The translations under genes were made by a program, and so were the position numbers. The notes under the pieces were generated by a model, which did no database searches, was not told the origin of the DNA, and saw nothing but the letters and a program-made list of their open reading frames with translations. A stretch of DNA of 64,000 nucleotides from Candidatus Aenigmatarchaeota archaeon (GTDB taxonomy: Archaea > Aenigmatarchaeota > Aenigmatarchaeia > JACPZZ01). Within the stretch, counting starts at the first letter, position 1, and the number at the start of each line of letters is the position of its first letter. This document shows, in pieces, positions 37,184 through 46,863 of this stretch. The stretch spans positions 21,581 to 85,580 of the forward strand of contig JACPZZ010000017.1 in NCBI GenBank assembly GCA_016195275.1. The letters are read 5' to 3'.

Positions 37184-37421
37184 AATTACAACTCTATCTT
37201 TGCAGTTTTGCCTGGCCAGATACGGTTTTTAGGGCTTGTCGGGTGTAACTGCCAGATACGGGAATTCAAAAAGCGCAAAGATGGAGTACAAAACTGTAAG
37301 GGACAACAGGACACATAACCCAATAGGTCGGTTAGGGTATAATGTTAGTAACAAGTTGAACTTTGAGATTGTGTTGTCGGGAGTGGCAGCCGCCGTAAGG
37401 CGAATGGAGATCAGGTTGACG

Positions 37422-38288
37422 ATGCCTGCTCAAACGGAGGGGGTCAATTTGATACATCATCTGACCCTTACTGGTCTACTTGTTCTATTTTTTCTCATTG
37501 CATCGGCTTGTGCTCAGCCTACGCCCACCACAGCACCTACACTTACTCCGGCACCTGTACTGACCCCACCCCCTATCCCTAGCCCAACTTCTCCACCCAT
37601 GCCTGGTCCGACACTAACAGGACCTACATTTACCCCATCACCTACCCTGACCCCTACTCCCACTTTGACACCTACAGTTACATCAGCCCCTACTCCCACC
37701 CCTACTACCAAGGCACCAGGTGTAGTCTCTGGTTCATCAGGGGAAGTTTCGGCGGACGGCAAGGTACTAGCAGCCTTGATAGGTGCTCTCGGAGCGGGAG
37801 GAGCTGCTTTGATCGTAGGCGCAGTCAACTTTTTCATGAACAGGAGAGCACTACGCCAGCAAGCTGAGGCGCTGAAGAAAACACTGGATCACCAAGAAAA
37901 GGTTCTGGCTCTACAGGAGAAGGCCTTGGAAAGAACATCGAACCAAGAAACGGCTGCATTAAGGGCTGAATATACGAAATTACATACTGAAAATGTCCTG
38001 AAGGTATATCAGGATGTTTCTAAGCAATTAGCTCTTTTCCGTGCTTATTTGGAGGGAAAGGAGCCTGCTTCAAGTCTACTAGGCGTAATTGAGACCTTTT
38101 ATTGGGCTTATCCCTTCTTAGGTCAAGATACCATTAACGAATTTGACACGAAAATCGTCCCACTAGCCTTAGACCCAGAGAAGCTTCGAGACCTTGACTA
38201 TCCTCGACTTCAGTTACTCCTAGCCGATGTCCTTGAAAAGGTGCGGAGCGATGTGGATGCTATCAAGAGAGGAGAACCGAAAATATGA
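37422..38288 (+). CDS. Putative lipoprotein with Pro/Thr-rich linker, TM helix and coiled coil (start uncertain)
   Basis: Lipobox-like IASA-C; (PT)n tract; second hydrophobic helix. Confidence 0.7.
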   Translation: MPAQTEGVNLIHHLTLTGLLVLFFLIASACAQPTPTTAPTLTPAPVLTPPPIPSPTSPPMPGPTLTGPTFTPSPTLTPTPTLTPTVTSAPTPTPTTKAPGVVSGSSGEVSADGKVLAALIGALGAGGAALIVGAVNFFMNRRALRQQAEALKKTLDHQEKVLALQEKALERTSNQETAALRAEYTKLHTENVLKVYQDVSKQLALFRAYLEGKEPASSLLGVIETFYWAYPFLGQDTINEFDTKIVPLALDPEKLRDLDYPRLQLLLADVLEKVRSDVDAIKRGEPKI

Positions 38289-38767
38289 CTGAACTAAAAG
38301 TCACGCTGGAACATGAAGGAGATCAATCACTAGCTACAGTCGCCCGCCCTTTAGTATCCCTATCTCAGTTGTATTATTTCCTTTGGCTGGTCGACCACGG
38401 TAAGCGTGAAAACTGGGATGCTTGGCTTCAAGGATTTCGTGAATGGATTGGGGAAGATGGCTTAAAACTTAAAACATTCCACTACGGTTCTATTTGTGAG
38501 GCTACTCTTGAAGTCAAGAAAGAGAATGAGTCCACGGCCCGCAGACTGGCTGAGGCAGCCATGAAGGTGGTAGAACGCCTGCGGGACATCGGACAAAAAC
38601 CAGAGCAACAACGTCGAGAACAAATCAGCGACCAAGTTGTTATTCAACTCCTTCCTGAAATTGATAAAGTCCCAAATGATCTACGTTCACCAGTGATTGG
38701 CCAATTGCGGTTTACCTTATTCGGACTAAGCAGAATAAAACTGATGGGCTTTGAAATAGGTGAATAA
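38285..38767 (+). CDS. Hypothetical protein
   Basis: ATGA overlap with the upstream gene. Confidence 0.65.
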   Translation: MTELKVTLEHEGDQSLATVARPLVSLSQLYYFLWLVDHGKRENWDAWLQGFREWIGEDGLKLKTFHYGSICEATLEVKKENESTARRLAEAAMKVVERLRDIGQKPEQQRREQISDQVVIQLLPEIDKVPNDLRSPVIGQLRFTLFGLSRIKLMGFEIGE

Positions 38768-38853
38768 ATGACGAATCTGTAAAGGCAACCTAGAGGCGAT
38801 TGCGGTTACGTGATAGTTGATGATATGCAAGACATTTCCCCACCCTTTGAGAC

Positions 38854-39198
38854 TCAATAATCCTCTGGAAACATAATCGTCCTGCCGCCCGTCTCGTTGT
38901 CCATCATCCAGAAGCGGTTTCCTTTGTACGTGAACTCGACTAAGTCCTTGTCCTTAGCCCGGTTGTAAGCGGCTCTGGCAGAATCTTCCAGCTCTCTGTA
39001 CGGTTTGGAAATGTCAGCGTCATTTTCCAGGCCGCCCAAGAAAGCGTACACGGCACTGGTCACGCGATTCACGTCGTGCCGCGAAAGTTTAGCCACGTCA
39101 TGCAGCACGCCGTCGGCCAGAGCCATTTCGTCGGTGTAGCTGAAGATCACATTGCCGAATAACTCAGCCTCATAATCCTTTCGTTCCTTGTCGTTCAA
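38854..39198 (-). CDS. Mobile-element hypothetical protein (DUF6573-like)
   Basis: VIFSYTDEMALADGVLHDV ... TIMFPEDY. Confidence 0.6.
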   Translation of the reverse strand: MNDKERKDYEAELFGNVIFSYTDEMALADGVLHDVAKLSRHDVNRVTSAVYAFLGGLENDADISKPYRELEDSARAAYNRAKDKDLVEFTYKGNRFWMMDNETGGRTIMFPEDY

Positions 39199-39272
39199 TT
39201 CTAGTCACTACCAAGAATCGGTCCCTCGCCCAGATAAAGATTCCTTCAACGCTCTGCCTTTCATGCCTGTAA

Positions 39273-40749
39273 ACACGACTTGGAGGGTTATTGCCTGGGA
39301 AGGTTCAAAGGGTGAAAATGATAGGCATCAGTGAAGGAGAGGGAAGGTGTGACTCATGCTCCCCATTGTGGAAGTCCCAGAGTCCATCCGACGTGGTATG
39401 GAGCGCTACCGCTCCATTTTCTGCCGCCAGGAAGGCTTCGACCATGTCTGCCGCTATGTCACAGGTTTGATAGTCTTACCCAATAAAACCCTCCAGGGCA
39501 TCCATGACCTCCAGGTCTGGGAGGACCACACCCCCAGTAGAAGGTCTATGCATGAAGCAGTTTTCGAGGCCCACTGGGATGACGATCAATTGATGAAGGA
39601 TCATCGCAAGGCAGTGAGCCAGGACCACCATGGGCTGGGACGTGAGGTGATCGGTCTGGATTGGACTTTCTCTCATCATGAGCGGGGGCCAAAAATATAC
39701 GCCACCACTCGGGCCTGGGACTACGTGAATAACCTCTATAGCAGGTTCCAGACGGTAGTCACCGCTTCCATTGCCAACCGCCAGCTCATCGATGGCCTTG
39801 AGGTGAAGGTCCAAGAGCCTAAGCTCTGGAAGAAGGAGCTAGAGGCCCTCAAAGTCACTGCCCAGGAGGACTACAACCAGTTGGAAGATGCACGCAGCCG
39901 GCTACTGGAACTCCTGAGGTATCGGCTACATAGGAAACAGTATCGTAAGAGGACAGAGATAGCAGTGGAGATAGCAAAACAGATAGAGGAAGAAGGCCAC
40001 TTCCCCCAGGCCAGCTATGCCTTTGATAGTGCAGTGCTGACCCCGGAGTTGGCACGGCTGATAGAAGGAGCTGGCAAGCACTGGGTGAGTGAACTTCAGA
40101 GCAACCGTCAGATCCAATGGCGTGGCGAGTGGAAGCGGGTGGATGAGGTGGATAAGGAGCTGAGGGAGCAGCACCCTGAGAGCTTCAGGGAGGTAAGGGC
40201 TCGCTGCCGTAATGGAGAGGAAAAGACCCACTTTGCCTTTACCAAGGTAGTGCGCCTGAGAAGGTATGGACGCAAGCGGTTGGTGATAGTCCATGAAAAG
40301 GAAGATTTGAAAGACGAGCCTCGCTTCTTGCTCACCGATGCCCTTCATTGGGAAAGCAAGCGGGTGATAGAGAACTGGAACTTTCGCTGGCCTATAGAGG
40401 TCTTTCATGAGTTCAGCAAGCAGGTGACGGGGCTGGAGTCGGCTCAGGTACGCAAGGAGGAAGCGGTTAAACGCCACTTCCGATTGAGTTGTGTAGCGCA
40501 GTCGCTGGTACAGCGGGCACCTGTGAGTGGGACGACATCGGAAAGATTTGCCTTTGTGACAAACCAGCAAGGGAGCATAGGTCAGCGGTGCAGGAGCATC
40601 ATGCGAGAAGTGTTGAAGGGAGTGTTACAGCTTGCGAAGAACCTGTTTGAGCAAGGGCGCTCATGTGATGAGGTGCTGGAGGTGCTGATGCCAGCCTGAT
40701 GAGTAGTAGCACAGATATTCTCAAAATTAATCAACCCTCCAAGTCGTGT
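39273..40749 (+). mobile_element. IS701-like insertion sequence
   Basis: 17-bp perfect terminal inverted repeats acacgacttggagggtt (39273-39289 / 40733-40749) flanked by a GTAA duplication. Confidence 0.9.
39356..40699 (+). CDS. DDE transposase (IS701-like)
   Basis: YVTGLI..NKTL, GLDWT, AFDS, RWPIEVFHEFSKQVTGL. Confidence 0.9.
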   Translation: MLPIVEVPESIRRGMERYRSIFCRQEGFDHVCRYVTGLIVLPNKTLQGIHDLQVWEDHTPSRRSMHEAVFEAHWDDDQLMKDHRKAVSQDHHGLGREVIGLDWTFSHHERGPKIYATTRAWDYVNNLYSRFQTVVTASIANRQLIDGLEVKVQEPKLWKKELEALKVTAQEDYNQLEDARSRLLELLRYRLHRKQYRKRTEIAVEIAKQIEEEGHFPQASYAFDSAVLTPELARLIEGAGKHWVSELQSNRQIQWRGEWKRVDEVDKELREQHPESFREVRARCRNGEEKTHFAFTKVVRLRRYGRKRLVIVHEKEDLKDEPRFLLTDALHWESKRVIENWNFRWPIEVFHEFSKQVTGLESAQVRKEEAVKRHFRLSCVAQSLVQRAPVSGTTSERFAFVTNQQGSIGQRCRSIMREVLKGVLQLAKNLFEQGRSCDEVLEVLMPA

Positions 40750-40983
40750 GTAAACAGGGAGCTAGAGATTCACTTCCCGCCAGCTTTCAAATACCAGGGT
40801 GGAGCCCATCGTCCGCACGACCTACAAGTACCGCTATCTCGGCCAGGAAGACCAGTCCCAGTGGGAGCCAGACCCACAGGTAAACCAGGATTGAAAGCCT
40901 GGCGTTTGTTCTGAGAGGTAACCTGGATTTCAACTGCTCAGCAACTACCAACCTTTATATACTTTGCCATATAATATAAAAAG

Positions 40984-41664
40984 GTGATTGTCATGAAATT
41001 GAGGCAGTTTTACGAGGATTTGCAGGACAGATGGGCAGGCAGCCTGGTCAAAGTTCAGTATTTGGACCATCCTCACGCCAAGGAATACATGTACCGGTTA
41101 GCTAGAGAAGGCTTGGTGGAAAATGTTGCATGGGGCTGGTACTGGGTGCCAGCTCAGTTGGAAGATGTTTGGGACTTTCTCGCCAACGATAAAAACTTCA
41201 AAGTGATTGCTGGCCAGACTGCTGCCTCTCTCTGGAATGGAGACTTTGTTCACCGCGAGCTCTATCTGGTAAAGGTTAAGGATCGCTCTTACGGCCAAGC
41301 ATTAAAGGCCTTTGGTGAAGGAAAGGGCTGGGACCTTGAGGTAGAAGTAGCCCGCAAACCTCCAGCCTACACCAAGATTGACGGCCTGCTGGTCGAGACC
41401 ATCGACGAGACTATCCTGGACTGCCTGAGCAGGTGGGCTTTTCTGGATGCCTTTGCCATTCTGCATGAACATCCGGAGATAGATTTCAGAACAGTGGCAA
41501 AACAGGGCTACTGGCAACGCTTGCCCGGCACACACATCAGGCTGAAACCGGTGCTGGAATACGGGTATTCCAGACTCACAGGACGCAAGAGTAGACCGCT
41601 GGCAGACCCATTCGTGGCGAGGGAAGTGGAAGAAGCGGTGGAAAAGGTGATGGAGATTGGCTAG
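40984..41664 (+). CDS. AbiEi-like antitoxin (type IV TA)
   Basis: wHTH YRLAREGLVENVAWGWY; IAGQTAASLW; upstream of an NTase. Confidence 0.65.
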   Translation: MIVMKLRQFYEDLQDRWAGSLVKVQYLDHPHAKEYMYRLAREGLVENVAWGWYWVPAQLEDVWDFLANDKNFKVIAGQTAASLWNGDFVHRELYLVKVKDRSYGQALKAFGEGKGWDLEVEVARKPPAYTKIDGLLVETIDETILDCLSRWAFLDAFAILHEHPEIDFRTVAKQGYWQRLPGTHIRLKPVLEYGYSRLTGRKSRPLADPFVAREVEEAVEKVMEIG

Positions 41665-42394
41665 ACAGCTCAGGCTTGCCCATGCCCGGGAAGAGGTGAT
41701 TGCCGACCTTCTTAACAGGTTGGCCGAAAAGTCGCATGGCTTCAGTTCACCTAAACTGGTCCTCATCGGCGGATATGCCTTGAGGGCGTTTGTGCCCTTG
41801 TCCAGGTCCACCCGGGATTGCGACTTTGCCCTGCGGAAAGGACAGGATTGGCAGATTGACAGAATCCGCACATGGTTCTCAGACCTTGAGGTGCTCACTC
41901 TAGAGAAAAGGGATGACCATGGCTTTATGCGCTGCTTGAAGCTGATCAGAATCAATGACAGTACAGCCAGGGTCTCATTGGACTTCATGGAAGACAAAGT
42001 GGTGGGCAGAGATATGGAAGAGGTCATCAACTTGGATGCGAGGTTTGAAGGGGATGCCCAGAATGTGCGTATTACCATTGCCAACCAGCCAATTGATGTG
42101 GTGGTGCCATGCTACCGCGACTATTTCATACTGAAGGCCGTATCTGCCAGAAGAAGCGATATCCGTGATATAGCTGCGCTGGTGTGGAAGCTGGGCGTGC
42201 CTGAAGTGAAGCCAAGGTTAGAGGAGATACTGCCTTATCCCGATGTTTTTTACCGGAAGGTCAGGGAGGTCATCATTCCCGACATCGAGGATACCAGATT
42301 TATCCACTCGTGGCGCGGCACGTTTGTCACGACTGCGTTCTCTGAACAAGATAAACAAAATGTGATTGATGAGCTGAGGGAATTGTGCGGGTGA
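41657..42394 (+). CDS. AbiEii-like nucleotidyltransferase
   Basis: LIGGYAL, RSTRDCDF, LKAVSARRSDIRDI. Confidence 0.75.
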   Translation: MARQLRLAHAREEVIADLLNRLAEKSHGFSSPKLVLIGGYALRAFVPLSRSTRDCDFALRKGQDWQIDRIRTWFSDLEVLTLEKRDDHGFMRCLKLIRINDSTARVSLDFMEDKVVGRDMEEVINLDARFEGDAQNVRITIANQPIDVVVPCYRDYFILKAVSARRSDIRDIAALVWKLGVPEVKPRLEEILPYPDVFYRKVREVIIPDIEDTRFIHSWRGTFVTTAFSEQDKQNVIDELRELCG

Positions 42395-42418
42395 CTTTGA
42401 GGGCAGTGTGGTAAGCTG

Positions 42419-42739
42419 ATGGAAAATGAAGTGTTAATAGAATTGAAAGTGCCGCTTGATATGGTGGACGACCTGCGGAAGCTGGAACAGGTAGAGCACA
42501 TAGACAGGTCTACGGCAGTACGAAAGCTGCTTTACTCAGGTCTTCGTGAATGGAAACTCGAACATGCAGCTACGCTTTATAGGGATAACAGGGTGACCCT
42601 TGCGCGGGCAGCCGAAGAGGCAGGCGTCCCGGTGAGGGAGATGATGGAGTATTTCAGGCAGAAGAAAGTGCCCATGCAATATGACATGGACGATTTCGAG
42701 AAGGACCTGAAAGGGATTTACGAGCGACTCGGAAAATGA
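42419..42739 (+). CDS. UPF0175 family protein (RHH + HTH, antitoxin-like)
   Basis: DRSTAVRKLL...A..LY....VTLARAAEEAGV. Confidence 0.8.
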   Translation: MENEVLIELKVPLDMVDDLRKLEQVEHIDRSTAVRKLLYSGLREWKLEHAATLYRDNRVTLARAAEEAGVPVREMMEYFRQKKVPMQYDMDDFEKDLKGIYERLGK

Positions 42740-42794
42740 ACAGCCTCAGGTCAGCGGAGTGAATATCAACCTGCCATGCTCTGGTTTCACTGTT

Positions 42795-43643
42795 TCAATG
42801 CCCTAGCTGAACCTCCTCATCTGCAACGGACACCCATTCAAACCACGAGGAAACTCCAAGCTCCTCTGCCCACCGGTTGACAGTCTCTATGTCCTGCTGC
42901 TGGCCGCCATCAGGCGACGACCAGATTGACCTCGCCATCCGCTCCCCGCGTCGATAGTAGGGAGTCCTGACGTACGGCTGCCTCATTCTCCTATCATCCA
43001 GCAGCCAACCGAGATACGAAGCAAAGGCTGAGTTCATGGTCACGGAAGCGTCGTACACCTTCTTCGGAGTGAACGCCTGAACTGCTGGCTTCAACCCCTC
43101 GGCATTCTGCTCTACTTGCCTCCTGAGAGCGCGTCTCTGCGCTGGCCGCAAACCTTCGTAGCTCTCATACATCCATCGTTCGATACGCATGTCCACAGGC
43201 ATGTTGTTGACCTGGCGAACTACGCCATCATGCCACATCTTCAGGACATGGCCCAAAGCCTCTTCGGGCATACCTCTATCGGCCAGCCGGAAAAGGTGGT
43301 CCTTCAGCTCGTAGCCAACCGAACGACGCTGCTCGTTGGTGACGGTGGGAAGTCTGCGCATATCCTCCGGCCCTCGGAAAAAGCGCAGAATGTGACCGGC
43401 TTCATGAGCGAGGTAATAGGGAAGGTGCTCCTCAAGATGCGGCGAATATCGGACGACGTGCAACGGATCGCCGGGCCCTGCCAGCCTCACAGTTGCGTTG
43501 GCGTACTCTTCAATGCGGGCATCTGGCACCAACAAGAAGCCTTTCCCTGTGAGGTCCTCCACTTCCTGCCAGATGCGATTGACATCATCCGGCAAGCGTA
43601 GCAGGTAGTTCTGTGCCCTACAGATCACCTTGTAATCTGTCAA
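42795..43643 (-). CDS. HExxH zinc metallopeptidase-like protein
   Basis: YYLAHEAGHILRF ... NNMPVDMRIE. Confidence 0.65.
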   Translation of the reverse strand: MTDYKVICRAQNYLLRLPDDVNRIWQEVEDLTGKGFLLVPDARIEEYANATVRLAGPGDPLHVVRYSPHLEEHLPYYLAHEAGHILRFFRGPEDMRRLPTVTNEQRRSVGYELKDHLFRLADRGMPEEALGHVLKMWHDGVVRQVNNMPVDMRIERWMYESYEGLRPAQRRALRRQVEQNAEGLKPAVQAFTPKKVYDASVTMNSAFASYLGWLLDDRRMRQPYVRTPYYRRGERMARSIWSSPDGGQQQDIETVNRWAEELGVSSWFEWVSVADEEVQLGH

Positions 43644-43899
43644 AGGCGTGAGGGGCTTTGGCTAAGATTTCATCGCGAGAAAAAGGAGTGACCGGGAACA
43701 TCTCAAAAGGAGTGGGGTCAAAGCCTCGCAGCCCTGCGTCCACGGCGTCTCTAAGGCTCTTGAATTCCCCTGAGTCGTAATGACAGTATCGCTTGCGGTC
43801 TGTGCCAACGTAAAGGCGGTACGATCCTGGGGCTGCTTCTAAAAAGAGCAGGTGGTATTTGCCCATTCTCGTTTCTATGTATGGAAGCGCCCGAGACAC
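43618..43899 (-). CDS. Hypothetical protein
   Basis: In a run with cdc6 and the peptidase. Confidence 0.5.
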   Translation of the reverse strand: MSRALPYIETRMGKYHLLFLEAAPGSYRLYVGTDRKRYCHYDSGEFKSLRDAVDAGLRGFDPTPFEMFPVTPFSRDEILAKAPHAFDRLQGDL

Positions 43900-43968
43900 A
43901 CAATGATTTGCCCAGCAGGGACTTATAAAGTCTCGGACGAAGGCTTGCCAGCCTTGCGGGTGAGATTC

Positions 43969-45015
43969 TCACCCTTCCTTCTTAACTCTCAACAGCCTGA
44001 TGTTACCCCTCATGTCCGCGCGCTCGCTCTCGATCAGTCCCACCGAGATTAAAGTTGCCACATACGCGGAAAATGTGCGCGAGGCGACCGGCCTCTTGCC
44101 AATATCCGAGCAATGCCTCAAGTAACCTTGCCACAACGTGTTGGAAAGCATACCTTCAGATCCTGAACCTTTGATTAGCTCGAATATGGCCCTGTGGTGC
44201 TCGGTCAGGCTCTGGAGCAGGTAACGCTGCTCCAGTTCTCTGGCAGACGTGAATCCTGACTCAACGTGTTGCGCCAGGATGACCCGGCTTCTGTCGGATT
44301 CAGCCAGCTCCGCAGCGTTGTTCAAGGTTTGAATCGCTACTCTGGCATCGCCGTCGGATAGCGATGCGATCCTGCCCAGCGTTTCCTGATCCCAGGAACC
44401 GGAAACAAGCGCTTCCCTTGCCCTCTGCTCAACCATGCCTACAAGCTCTTCGGCACTGTACGGCTCGAAAGCGATCTGCCTTAACGCAACCCTTGATAAA
44501 ACCCTCGGGTCCACATTCATCAAAAAGTAGCGCGAATTACAGATGGCGACCAACCCTACGCTGCCGATCCTTGCAAGGTTGTAGAGAATGGCATTTCTCT
44601 CTTTCGGGGCGGGTTTGTCTATCTCGTCCAGGACGATGACGAAAGGTTTGTTGCCGATGCTCCTTTCAAAGCGTTCCAGCTTCAAAGCCGCCTCGGTTTT
44701 GTCGGCGAACATGATGCGAAGCTCTTTGACAATCTCATCAGCCACCAGGTACAGGGAGTTGTGCTTCCACCAGTTTATGTAAACAGATTGGATAGGAGAC
44801 TCTCGCCTCAGGCGTTGCAGGGCCCACCGGGCCACAGCGGTCTTGCCTGTTCCAGGATTACCGTACAGCCAGATATTAACAGGCTTCCGGTGTTTCAATG
44901 CCGGAGCGAGGCGTAGATTAAGCTGATGGATTTGCTCCTCCCTGCCTGACAAGGACGCCGGCATATATTCTTCTGAAAGGACCGCAGGCTCCCTGATGAT
45001 GCGAATCTCTTCCAT
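43969..45015 (-). CDS. cdc6: Cdc6/Orc1 family replication initiator
   Basis: L..EY.P..L.GREEQI, GNPGTGKT, VLDEID, FEPYSAEEL, GDARVAI, C-terminal wHTH. Confidence 0.92.
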   Translation of the reverse strand: MEEIRIIREPAVLSEEYMPASLSGREEQIHQLNLRLAPALKHRKPVNIWLYGNPGTGKTAVARWALQRLRRESPIQSVYINWWKHNSLYLVADEIVKELRIMFADKTEAALKLERFERSIGNKPFVIVLDEIDKPAPKERNAILYNLARIGSVGLVAICNSRYFLMNVDPRVLSRVALRQIAFEPYSAEELVGMVEQRAREALVSGSWDQETLGRIASLSDGDARVAIQTLNNAAELAESDRSRVILAQHVESGFTSARELEQRYLLQSLTEHHRAIFELIKGSGSEGMLSNTLWQGYLRHCSDIGKRPVASRTFSAYVATLISVGLIESERADMRGNIRLLRVKKEG

Positions 45016-45083
45016 ACTTATCTTTAGTAGTCCAAACTTTAATCGACGGGCGGGAGCGATCTGCGGGTTATGCGCTTAACCGC

Positions 45084-45988
45084 TCACTTGAAATTCTCAA
45101 CGCGCCACCTCACGCGGTTCATCTTCATTTCCCGATGCGCACTCACCAGGTACTCCGGTATGTGGTACTGGGCCAAATAATCACGCCTGACCCGGTAAAG
45201 CTCGTTAGCTACGTGTTCGGCCTGCTGCGCCAACTCCGCAAACCTGTACTTCAACTGCTCCACCGATGACTGCACAGCTTCCACGCCAGAGAGCTTGTTC
45301 AAGAACGTCGCATTGAGCTCAACCCTGCATCCCTGGCTCGCTGCATCTCGTCGTTGCGCACGAACGCATCGAGAAACTTGCTGCTGTCTGTCGCCTCCAT
45401 CAACAGCTTGTTCAGAGTCAGATGCACCAGATAGGGCTGCTGAGTTGAAGTGGGTAGATTGGTAAACCTTTGAGGGTTCATGAAACTCGCCACCCGGACC
45501 GCCAGGCTTCGGACAGATCTGGTCAACGGCGGCAGTCTTTTCTCAAGCTCTCGGATCTCCTGCGTGATTTCTGGATGCTGCTGTTCAAACTCCACAAATC
45601 TCCCAGGCTCGAAAATGGTAGAGTAGCCGTCCAACAAGGGCTTGAGTATTCCAAGAAACGGTGCCGGATAGTAGAACCGATCCTGGCTGATCTGGAATAG
45701 CTCCAGTTGCTCTTTCTGGATCTCCCTGGCCGCGAATTCTTCATCGCTGACTGCCCAGGCGTGGCTTCTGGTTTTCACAGCATGTTCAAGATCCTTCAGC
45801 CGGTCCGATAGAGGGTCGATAACAGTGACAATCTCCTCCACCACACGGTCTCGCGATGCCAGTGTTCGGTTTTGGTTTATCAGGGTGCGGTTTTGAAGCG
45901 CCAGCCAAAGTGTGATAGTGGCCAGCAGCGTTGTGGAAATGGCGCTGAGCCAGGGGGCGTTGATCTGCAAAAACTCTAAAACCCCCAT
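45084..45988 (-). pseudogene. Membrane-anchored hypothetical protein, apparently split into two frames near 45300
   Basis: Abutting ORFs 45299-45988 and 45084-45302; the second lacks a good start. Confidence 0.45.
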
Positions 45989-46258
45989 AGTCGGTCACAC
46001 GCCAATCCTTCATACCAACGCGAAGGGTCCTACTTATTTTCGGCGGCTGGCGAGATAAGGTTGTGCCTGTGGTCAGGCGATAAAAAAGCAGGTGGTATCC
46101 CAGGATAATCGCAGCCACCCTGCCAGACATAGGAACCACTCCTGAGGTGGTCGGTAGAGGCTCTCCTCCCAAATAGGGGGTTCATAATGCTTGGTTTATA
46201 TTTAGCTTATGTGTGATTATTCTAGGACACTACCAAAAAGCATTGACGATAAAGAAAT

Positions 46259-46281
46259 GGAAAACCGAAGGTTGTTGGTGC
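46259..46281. repeat. Dispersed hairpin repeat, partial copy C
   Basis: ggaaaaccgaaggttgttggtgc; 22/23 identical to copy B. Confidence 0.7.
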
Positions 46282-46453
46282 GTGTTCTTATTTCGGTCAC
46301 AAGCCGGGGGCAGATCAAGTAGCAAGATCCAGGATGGACTGCCGCATGACATAGGAGGTTGGCTTTGTTGAAACCCAAGAATGGAAATCGCGCTGAGTCC
46401 CGTTTGAACTATCCCCTCAGCGATCAGGGCCGCTTACCTGCTGATTCGAGCAG

Positions 46454-46861
46454 CTAGCCATCATACGCCATACCAAACCAGAGGTCGAATGAATTGGCAC
46501 TTGGAAGCTTCATCCCCAGAGTCATCAGGAAGTCATTGAGGAAGTCTCTGCCCAGTACCACGACCCTCCGGTCTCTGGGTTGGGGATCCTCCATGACACG
46601 TATAGGAAAATAGTGCGAGAAGCCAGAGATTTTAATGTCTGCATCGTATATAGAAGAACCAGATAAAACTCCGACGGGTGCCCACGGCCGAAGTTGGGCA
46701 AACACAAACGCCGGGATCCTCGAATAGTCTGCACTGGTATCGATCCTGGCCACCAAACCCCCAGCCGCCATTTTGGACCGCGACGAGCGAATCGCCTCTA
46801 CATTAACGATTAACTCTGGCGGAAGTGCAGACAACGCATATGAGTATAAAAACCCTGGCAT
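46454..46861 (-). CDS. Retropepsin-like aspartyl protease
   Basis: ARIDTSADYS.IP ... VLGRDFL. Confidence 0.72.
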   Translation of the reverse strand: MPGFLYSYALSALPPELIVNVEAIRSSRSKMAAGGLVARIDTSADYSRIPAFVFAQLRPWAPVGVLSGSSIYDADIKISGFSHYFPIRVMEDPQPRDRRVVVLGRDFLNDFLMTLGMKLPSANSFDLWFGMAYDG

Positions 46862-46863
46862 TG

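Noticed and set aside
37515-37712. C-rich quasi-repeats
   Set aside because: Explained by the Pro/Thr-rich protein linker
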